DNA from: a virus
Taxonomy: Duplodnaviria > Caudoviricetes
Length of the DNA: 33,905 bases
Virus record (IMG/VR): IMGVR_UViG_3300028588_000061
Coordinates: 1-33,905 of that record
Strand: one strand, 5' to 3'
The notes beneath the pieces are model-generated. The model ran no database searches and was not told the DNA's origin. It saw nothing but the letters and a program-made list of their open reading frames with translations. Positions 28,013 through 33,905 of the stretch are shown piece after piece (the first letter of the stretch is position 1; each line of letters opens with the position of its first letter). The position numbers and the translations under genes were made by a program.

Positions 28013-28267
28013 CTAAAACGCCTGACCGCTCCTAAACCGATTGTACGCCTGCTCGCACTCGCCGGGAGGCAAAACAACATTCTCCACCTTGATCCAGGCA
28101 ACTTTGTCATCCTCATGCGAGCGCCGAGCAGCTATCAAAGCGGCTCCTAACTCCCAGTACCCGTAAGCTTCTGGCATATCGTCGTCGCTGACTTGGAAAG
28201 ATTCGAGGCTCGGCGTTTCGTCAGAAAACATCCAGACGAGGACTGCTGCAGATTTGAAATCAACCAT
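28013..28267 (-). CDS. Hypothetical 84-aa protein
   Basis: Strong RBS GGAGG upstream of ATG; fills the gap between repressor and cassette, same strand. Confidence 0.65.
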   Translation of the reverse strand: MVDFKSAAVLVWMFSDETPSLESFQVSDDDMPEAYGYWELGAALIAARRSHEDDKVAWIKVENVVLPPGECEQAYNRFRSGQAF

Positions 28268-28311
28268 ATTTTACCCTCCAGAGTCACTAAGCCGACGCTC
28301 GCCATCATGGG

Positions 28312-29034
28312 CTAAAATCCGAGCGCCTCTTCCCAAGGCATCACGCGGTGGACCGCTCCTACCTGTGCGTTCGGCACTTCGAATTCGATATACGGGTTGA
28401 ACTGGCGCAGCACGATCGCCTCGGGGCGCCGCCGCACCAGCTGCTTGATCAGGACATGGCGGATCTCTTCGCCGTCGAAGGTCGGGCCGCGCAGCTGGAT
28501 GACGACGTCGGCACCCACGCCGGGCGCGCGCTTGGGATCGACCAGGAGCCGACGCCCCGATTCGTAGCGCGGCTCCATCGAGTGCCCGACGATCTCCACG
28601 ACGTAGAGATCTGGGCGGCCGGTCACGCCGATCGGGCGGGCCATGTAGTCGAGCGGTGCCGCCATATGCACCTCCGTTTGCTCGACACTGACCGAAACGC
28701 CGCCTTCTGCATGGAACTCCAGATCGGCACCCAAAGCGCTTCCATAAATTGGCAGCGTCTTAGGCAGGCGGCGAAGCGCCTCGGGCGATACAACGCCATC
28801 AGCGGGGATCGTTCGTTCAATCCCCTGCTCGCGCCCGAGTAGCCAATCAGACGTAGTGCCAAGCTCTGAGGCGATCGCATCTAAGCGGTCGATGCTAGGC
28901 ATAGCGTTCTTAGAAAGGATGTTGCGAATGGCTCCTGGCTGACCAGTCGCGGCAAGAGAGATCTCGCGCGCACTGACGTTCAGCTCGCTCAGCTTCGCCG
29001 CCACGCGCTCCTTCAGGATGTCTATCGGCCTCAC
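28312..29034 (-). CDS. Phage repressor (XRE HTH + S24 peptidase)
   Basis: HTH (PSIDRLDAIASELGTTSDWLLG), GHSMEP catalytic Ser, LIKQL catalytic Lys; start uncertain (GTG 29034, or 29058 as in the track). Confidence 0.9.
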   Translation of the reverse strand: MRPIDILKERVAAKLSELNVSAREISLAATGQPGAIRNILSKNAMPSIDRLDAIASELGTTSDWLLGREQGIERTIPADGVVSPEALRRLPKTLPIYGSALGADLEFHAEGGVSVSVEQTEVHMAAPLDYMARPIGVTGRPDLYVVEIVGHSMEPRYESGRRLLVDPKRAPGVGADVVIQLRGPTFDGEEIRHVLIKQLVRRRPEAIVLRQFNPYIEFEVPNAQVGAVHRVMPWEEALGF

Positions 29035-29084
29035 CGCGTCACGTATGCCGCATTGCACCCGTTACGACGAGCGTCATTTGTGAC

Positions 29085-29115
29085 TTGACGGTGAGCTACG
29101 TATAGCTCATTAGAT
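29085..29115 (+). promoter_or_regulatory. Putative early promoter with overlapping operator
   Basis: TTGACG at 29085-29090; inverted repeat TGAGCTA-cgta-TAGCTCA at 29092-29109 lies in the spacer. Confidence 0.65.
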
Positions 29116-29120
29116 GGGTC

Positions 29121-29483
29121 ATGGATGACGCATACGAGAACGCCCTGCGAACGGTCGCCGATTCGTACGAAGCTGAAGTCGCCCGCTGGGGCGGCAAATC
29201 GCTTTCGCGCGTCGCAACGATCGTCGTCAGCAGCGGAGCGTTCTTTAACCGCCTCCGCGCGGGGAAAACCTTCTCGGTGACCAACTTGGAGAAGTTTGCG
29301 ACTTGGTTCCGCGTACCTGCGAACTGGCCGGATCAGGTCATTCCTCAAGCTGCCGCTGTCGCGTTGATCAGCATCGGTCGCCCCCCTCTTCCTGCGGACA
29401 CCATGCCTCACCCGTACCGCATTCATGACGCAGGGGTCGATTGCGATACCCCCGCCGGTTTGCAGTCGAGCGAGGCGGCATGA
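29121..29483 (+). CDS. Cro-like regulator
   Basis: Divergent from repressor; SLSRVAT....GAFFNRLRAGK.F HTH-like segment. Confidence 0.7.
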   Translation: MDDAYENALRTVADSYEAEVARWGGKSLSRVATIVVSSGAFFNRLRAGKTFSVTNLEKFATWFRVPANWPDQVIPQAAAVALISIGRPPLPADTMPHPYRIHDAGVDCDTPAGLQSSEAA

Positions 29484-29998
29484 CGCAACCCCGCATTCCC
29501 GACACGTTTCCTGACGCGATGACCAAGATCGTCGGGCTGCTCGGTGTGGCCGCCACGATCAAGGCGGTGAACGGCACCGGCCGTCGCCGCTATTCGGAGC
29601 GCACCATTTACGAGTGGATGAACCCCAACAGCGGCACCTTGCCGTCGCTGCGCCAGGCGCTCGCCCTTGATGTCGCCTATCAGCTCGCCGGCGGTGAGGA
29701 CGCGCCCTTCCGCGATGCCTATGCTCAGCAGCTGGGCATCGTCGTCGAGCGCCAGGACGCCTGCCGCCGCGCGCTCGTCGCCGACTCGATCGATTTCATC
29801 CGTGAAGCATCGGAGCTTCACGCCGCCTTGTTCAGCGCCTCCCAGCCCGGCGCCTCCCCGCGTGATCATCATCGCGCGATGTCAGAGGTGCAGCAGGTCG
29901 ATGGCGTACTGCGCCGCATACGCCGGCGCCTGCCCAACTTCCTCCGCAGCGTCACGTCGACGGGGCCGGGGAGAGCCGGGGGTACGAACCAACCATGA
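29480..29998 (+). CDS. CII-like phage regulatory protein
   Basis: SERTIYEWMNP HTH-like; ATGA overlaps on both sides; position after Cro. Confidence 0.6.
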   Translation: MTQPRIPDTFPDAMTKIVGLLGVAATIKAVNGTGRRRYSERTIYEWMNPNSGTLPSLRQALALDVAYQLAGGEDAPFRDAYAQQLGIVVERQDACRRALVADSIDFIREASELHAALFSASQPGASPRDHHRAMSEVQQVDGVLRRIRRRLPNFLRSVTSTGPGRAGGTNQP

Positions 29999-30360
29999 CG
30001 ATTTCCAAGGCCGCGTTGCGCTGTCCGCATTGCAAGGGGCCGATGCACATCCGAACCAGCCGACTGCTGTCCGCTTACTATCGGCAGGCGCATGTCGCCT
30101 GCCTCGATCCCGAATGCGGCGCGACCTACGGCGTCGCCCACGAAATCACCCATCAGATTTCGCCCTCGGCGAAGCCTGATCCAACGGTGATGATCCGCAG
30201 CTCGCCGCCGCGCGTCCAGAAGCCGGAGATCGGCACGGACGTCCTGGCTGCCAATGACGCGGCCAACCTCACCCTTTCCGGCTTCGCCGGCGACAGCGGC
30301 CGGGGGGTGCCGCCGCCTGCAAATGACGAGGGCACGCCCCACGCCGTGATCGGCCTCTAA
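29995..30360 (+). CDS. ogr: Ogr/Delta-family zinc-finger late activator
   Basis: CPHC....IRTSR.LS.......C.DPECGATY......ISPSAKPDP. Confidence 0.9.
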   Translation: MTISKAALRCPHCKGPMHIRTSRLLSAYYRQAHVACLDPECGATYGVAHEITHQISPSAKPDPTVMIRSSPPRVQKPEIGTDVLAANDAANLTLSGFAGDSGRGVPPPANDEGTPHAVIGL

Positions 30361-30447
30361 GCCAACCACTCCCCCCGAGTTCGCCAACCGGCCCGCCGAC
30401 GACCCGTCGGCGGGAACGCCCCCGCCTTGCCCGCGAGAGACCCCGCC

Positions 30448-30897
30448 ATGATCCATTTCGCCCCCGCCCCACGCCGCACTACCCGCGCTCTGCTCACGAT
30501 GGCCGAAGCCACGGCCATGACGCCGTGGCTCTACCTCCGCCTGCGCCGCCAGGCCGCCGACCTCACCGTTTCACAGGCCGCACGGCGCATGTTTGGTGCC
30601 GACCAGGCCAAGGTAGATCTGGCGGTCAGCCTCATCACCGCGCTGGAAAAACCAGGCGTCCGCGCCCGCATCGACTTGACGCTGGAACGGCTTCAGGTCG
30701 CCTTTCCCTTCGACGCGGACGTCTACCGCCAACTCGCCCACGATCCCCTCGCCCGCCACCCGCTGGCCTGCGTCGGCTGCGGCTGCACCCAGAACGATGC
30801 TTGCGTGTCGACGGACGGACATACCGCCTGCGCCTGGCACGACACGAGCCGCCCCGGCGCCGCCATCTGCACCCGCTGCGCGGGCAAGGCACTGTGA
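30448..30897 (+). CDS. XRE-like HTH protein with C-terminal Cys-rich zinc finger
   Basis: YLRLRRQAADLTVSQAA...LE; CVGCGC....AC......CAW......CTRC. Confidence 0.7.
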   Translation: MIHFAPAPRRTTRALLTMAEATAMTPWLYLRLRRQAADLTVSQAARRMFGADQAKVDLAVSLITALEKPGVRARIDLTLERLQVAFPFDADVYRQLAHDPLARHPLACVGCGCTQNDACVSTDGHTACAWHDTSRPGAAICTRCAGKAL

Positions 30898-31130
30898 TGC
30901 GCGACCTGGTCGCCACCCCCGCCGCGCCGATCTGGCTGGGCTACGATCCCGCGACCGCCGCCGGCGACGACGGCGCGCTGGTGATCGTCGTGCGCGCGAA
31001 GCGCCCCGCCCGGCTGCCGCTCACCCTCAACAGGATCTCCGCCCTCACGCTGACCGGCATCGCCTTGGGCCTCGCCCTGGTCGCCGCGATCGGCGGCGCT
31101 CCTGCCCTCGCCCTCATCTGCGGGATCTGA
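30897..31130 (+). CDS. 77-aa membrane protein carrying a terminase nuclease-motif copy
   Basis: TGATG overlap with upstream gene; [20 protein letters not shown] then hydrophobic C-terminus. Confidence 0.7.
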   Translation: MRDLVATPAAPIWLGYDPATAAGDDGALVIVVRAKRPARLPLTLNRISALTLTGIALGLALVAAIGGAPALALICGI

Positions 31131-31132
31131 CC

Positions 31133-31381
31133 ATGCTCGAACCCAAGCCCTCCATCGGCCTGCGCGCCCTCAGTGTCGTGTTCGGCGACCGAGCCAGCCT
31201 GTGGGACCTCGCCACCTTCGGTTTCGTCAGCGGCACCATCGCCAGCGGCGCCAACGGCATCACGCTGGCCGGCATCGCTGTCGGCCTGGCCGGCGCCGCG
31301 ATCGGCGAACGCGCCCTGCGCAAATCCATCCGCACCTACTGCGACCAGTTCGACCGCTCCAACCCAAGGAAGCCCTCATGA
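31133..31381 (+). CDS. Small putative membrane protein
   Basis: 82 aa, Gly/Ala-rich hydrophobic segments; tightly packed, ATGA overlap with next gene. Confidence 0.6.
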   Translation: MLEPKPSIGLRALSVVFGDRASLWDLATFGFVSGTIASGANGITLAGIAVGLAGAAIGERALRKSIRTYCDQFDRSNPRKPS

Positions 31382-31614
31382 GCGACAGCATTTCCGCCGA
31401 GCAGCTCCGCCTGCTGATCGAGCGCATCGAGCGGCTCGAGGAAGAGAAGAAGGGCATCAGCGACGACGTCAAGGACACCTACGGCGAGGCAAAGTCTACC
31501 GGCTTCGACGTGAAGACCATCCGCCAGATCATCCGCCTGCGGAAAATGGAGAAGCACCACCGCGACGAAGCGGAGATGCTGCTCGAAACATACAAGCAAG
31601 TGCTGGGCATCTGA
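31378..31614 (+). CDS. gapR: GapR / DUF2312 family DNA-binding protein
   Basis: [46 protein letters not shown]; RBS AAGGA. Confidence 0.92.
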   Translation: MSDSISAEQLRLLIERIERLEEEKKGISDDVKDTYGEAKSTGFDVKTIRQIIRLRKMEKHHRDEAEMLLETYKQVLGI

Positions 31615-31616
31615 TC

Positions 31617-31901
31617 ATGCTGCTGCAGAACCCTTTGCGGAGGCATCACCGCCCCGCGCCCTGGCGGTGCAGGTTCGTCCTCTTCCGCTCGTTTCACTGC
31701 GAGCGGAACGGGTATAGCGTCACTGTCGCGCTGGAGCTGGTGGAAACGCGCTTCTCGCGGTCATCGCGATCCCGCCTCTGGCGGCTTCGGCGCAACCTCC
31801 CCGGTAAGACCATCGAGCGCTCCTCGCACGACTCCCTCTTCGCTCGTCCAGGGCAGGGCGAAGACGCCAGTACGCCGCTCTCCCCCGAGCAGCTGCACTG
31901 A
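31617..31901 (+). CDS. Hypothetical protein
   Basis: ATG 2 nt after GapR stop; fills the operon gap; Arg-rich, no recognisable motif. Confidence 0.4.
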   Translation: MLLQNPLRRHHRPAPWRCRFVLFRSFHCERNGYSVTVALELVETRFSRSSRSRLWRLRRNLPGKTIERSSHDSLFARPGQGEDASTPLSPEQLH

Positions 31902-31902
31902 T

Positions 31903-32094
31903 GTGCCCCGCCACGGCCTCTCCCATGGCGACCGCGTCGTCTATCTCGGCATCGGACAGCGCCGCGGCCAGCACGGTGACGCGCTCTCCCCGCATTGCCA
32001 CTTCGCTGGGGTCCGGTTCGACGACGGCAGCGCCTTCACCTGCCGCGCGGCTGACCTCCACCCGATTCCGCGCCGCCCGCCGCCGATGTTCTGA
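31903..32094 (+). CDS. Hypothetical small beta-barrel (SH3-like) protein
   Basis: GDRVVY....G......VRFDDG......DL pattern; starts right after the previous stop. Confidence 0.5.
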   Translation: MPRHGLSHGDRVVYLGIGQRRGQHGDALSPHCHFAGVRFDDGSAFTCRAADLHPIPRRPPPMF

Positions 32095-32123
32095 TTTCGC
32101 TCGCGACCAACTGGAGGAACCCA

Positions 32124-32216
32124 ATGGGTGACGAAGACACCGCCGCAACTGCGGACGCCATCATGATCGTCCTGGCGATTCTCGCCGCGCTGTTCGTCGG
32201 GTGGCTGATCCTGTGA
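32124..32216 (+). CDS. 30-aa single-pass membrane peptide
   Basis: Not in ORF track. GGAGG RBS, MGDEDTAATADAIMIVLAILAALFVGWLIL*, stop overlaps next GTG. Confidence 0.65.
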   Translation: MGDEDTAATADAIMIVLAILAALFVGWLIL

Positions 32217-32551
32217 ACGCGCCCCTGATCGTGCAGCTCGACCGCAAGCTTTCGCGGGCGGTCGAGCATGGAAAGGGCGTCCGCCTTGGCCCCGCCGACA
32301 TCGACCTCCTCGTCGAGCTCGGCCTCTTCAACATCACGCATCCGGCCAAAGCCGCCTACCTCAAGGAACAGACAGAATGCCGAAGCGCGCGGCGCCGGTC
32401 TATCAGCGCGGGAAGTACTGGCTCGCCCACGATCAGCGGGCAGACGGAACCCTCCGCAGCCCCAATCTCTACATCTGGTGGTACGACGCCGACGCGCGAC
32501 GTGAACGCAGCGCGTCAACGGGTACAATCGATCAGGGCGCAGCCATCCTAG
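32213..32551 (+). CDS. Hypothetical protein at excisionase position, overlapping integrase 5' end
   Basis: GTGA coupling to upstream peptide; 175-bp overlap with int. Confidence 0.5.
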   Translation: MNAPLIVQLDRKLSRAVEHGKGVRLGPADIDLLVELGLFNITHPAKAAYLKEQTECRSARRRSISAGSTGSPTISGQTEPSAAPISTSGGTTPTRDVNAARQRVQSIRAQPS

Positions 32552-33714
32552 CGTTGGACAAGCTCTACCTCGCCGACAAGGACGAGGCCCCGGCGTTCTG
32601 CCACGCATGCGGACAGACGCTCGCTCAGGCGCAGGCGTACCTGCTGACCGACGCGATCGCGGACTATAAGATCGAATGGGGCAACACCCGCGTCTCGGCC
32701 GACACGATCTCCGGCCGCCTTGCGCACGTCGTTGCATTTCTCGATGCGGAGGAAGCGTTCGGCGCCGAGGGCCGGTTCGGCCACTCAACCAGCTGCGCCG
32801 CCGCCTGCTCGTCGGTTTTCGTCCACGCCTTCCGCGCCTGGTCCCGCCAGCAGCCGGTCGAGTGGCGCAACGGCGCGGGCGAAGTCACGGTCTCCCGCGC
32901 CCGCTCGCCCGCCGCCACCGAGGCGTCGATCGCGCAGCTGATCGCCGTGCTGAATCACGCCGCGAACGCAGAGCCGCCCCGCTCCGACAAACGGCCGATC
33001 TACAAGCCCCTCCCCGCGCGCCAGGTGCAGCGCAAGCGTCGCACTCGAATCGGGATCGACGAGCTGGCGAAGATGGTCGCCTACGCGGCGGAGCCCGGCC
33101 GCCAGCGCGGCTCCCTGCGCGCCTTCCTCGTCGCCTCGATCTGCACGATCGCGCGGCCCGGTGCCGTCGTCGACATCAACGTCGCCCCCGATCGCCAGCA
33201 ATGGTGGCCGGGTGCGCCCACGATCGACCTCAACCCACAAGGTCGCACCCAGAACAAGAAGCATCGCGCTCTGCTCCCGGTCCTGCCGCTGCTCGATCAA
33301 TGGCTGCGCGCTGAATACGCGACCTACACGGCGCTCAAGCCGCACGAACGCGTCGGGCGTGGCTGGCTGGTCAACTATCACGGCCAGCCCGTCCAGGACG
33401 TCGACCGCGCCTGGGACACCATGCTCACCAAGCTGGAGCTGCCAAAGGGCCGCGAGTGGCGATCCTACGTCCTGCGCCACAGCCTCGCCACTCTAGCCCG
33501 CAACCGCGCCGCCACGAAGTGGGATCTGGAAGGGTTCATGGGCCACCACGACGGCAGCCAGACGGAAGTCTACGCAATCGGTGAATTCCCCAGCGTCGTC
33601 ACCGCGCTGGAGAGCATCATCACCGATATCGAAAAGCTCGCCCCAGGCTGCCTGCACCGGAACCTTACCGGAGCCGCACCAGCGATCATTTTGGAAGGGA
33701 GTGGCAAAATGTGA
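32377..33714 (+). CDS. int: Tyrosine recombinase (phage integrase)
   Basis: ARP (Arg), TQNKK (Lys), YVLRHS, MGH, terminal Tyr in TEVY; ends 22 bp from tRNA 3' end. Confidence 0.9.
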   Translation: MPKRAAPVYQRGKYWLAHDQRADGTLRSPNLYIWWYDADARRERSASTGTIDQGAAILALDKLYLADKDEAPAFCHACGQTLAQAQAYLLTDAIADYKIEWGNTRVSADTISGRLAHVVAFLDAEEAFGAEGRFGHSTSCAAACSSVFVHAFRAWSRQQPVEWRNGAGEVTVSRARSPAATEASIAQLIAVLNHAANAEPPRSDKRPIYKPLPARQVQRKRRTRIGIDELAKMVAYAAEPGRQRGSLRAFLVASICTIARPGAVVDINVAPDRQQWWPGAPTIDLNPQGRTQNKKHRALLPVLPLLDQWLRAEYATYTALKPHERVGRGWLVNYHGQPVQDVDRAWDTMLTKLELPKGREWRSYVLRHSLATLARNRAATKWDLEGFMGHHDGSQTEVYAIGEFPSVVTALESIITDIEKLAPGCLHRNLTGAAPAIILEGSGKM

Positions 33715-33719
33715 TTTAA

Positions 33720-33732
33720 AATCAACAACTTG
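33720..33732 (+). promoter_or_regulatory. IHF-consensus site in att arm
   Basis: AATCAACAACTTG matches WATCAANNNNTTR, between int stop and tRNA 3' end. Confidence 0.65.
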
Positions 33733-33736
33733 CGAA

Positions 33737-33812
33737 TGGTGCCGCTTACAGGACTCGAACCTGTGACCCCCGCATTACGAATGCGATGCTCTACCAACTG
33801 AGCTAAAGCGGC
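33737..33812 (-). tRNA. tRNA-Thr (anticodon CGT); its 3' part is the probable att core
   Basis: 76 nt, GCCGCTT acceptor, TAGCTCAGTTGGTAGAGC D arm, TCGCA-TTCGTAA-TGCGG anticodon arm, GGTTCGAGTCC T arm, encoded CCA. Confidence 0.97.
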
Positions 33813-33905
33813 CTGCCGGACGCGATTGCGTCCGGAAAGAGCGGCGCGCTTACCAGTATGGATCGGCGCTGACAAGCGGTCCTATACCCCGATCCCGCTC
33901 CGTAT

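Larger units (their letters stand above)
1..33736. mobile_element. P2-like prophage integrated at the 3' end of tRNA-Thr; left boundary lies outside the window
   Basis: Full P2-type head (Q,P,O,N,M,L), lysis, tail (X,R,S,J,I,H,V,W,FI,FII,E,T,U,D), Ogr, repressor and tyrosine integrase abutting a tRNA 3' end. Confidence 0.95.

Noticed and set aside
33570-33875. 101-aa minus-strand ORF and 33581-33766 ORF
   Set aside because: They overlap the tRNA gene and the integrase end; spurious

Overview
Almost the whole window is a P2-like (Peduoviridae-type, contractile-tail) prophage in a high-GC host, probably an alphaproteobacterium (GapR/DUF2312 gene, general gene style). It is inserted at the 3' end of a tRNA-Thr(CGT) gene at the right edge. 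From left to right: a Dam-like adenine methyltransferase cut by the window edge; portal and terminase (minus strand); head, lysis, baseplate, receptor-binding and tail genes through gpD; a SRAP gene; a lower-GC accessory island; the repressor/Cro switch; an early operon (CII-like, Ogr, small ORFs, GapR); integrase and att. Two items stand out. (1) A coupled three-gene cassette in the island: a ParB/Srx-like protein, an atypical PD-(D/E)XK-like protein and a C5 cytosine methyltransferase, a candidate anti-phage system. (2) A 77-aa early membrane protein carrying a near copy of the phage's own terminase nuclease active-site motif, a possible decoy or packaging inhibitor. Also notable: three identical-arm late-promoter palindromes, a tandem-duplicated tail chaperone with one slippery site, a terminase ORF running 392 bp into the portal gene, and no recognisable replication gene. 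All product calls come from motif recognition and synteny, not database searches.
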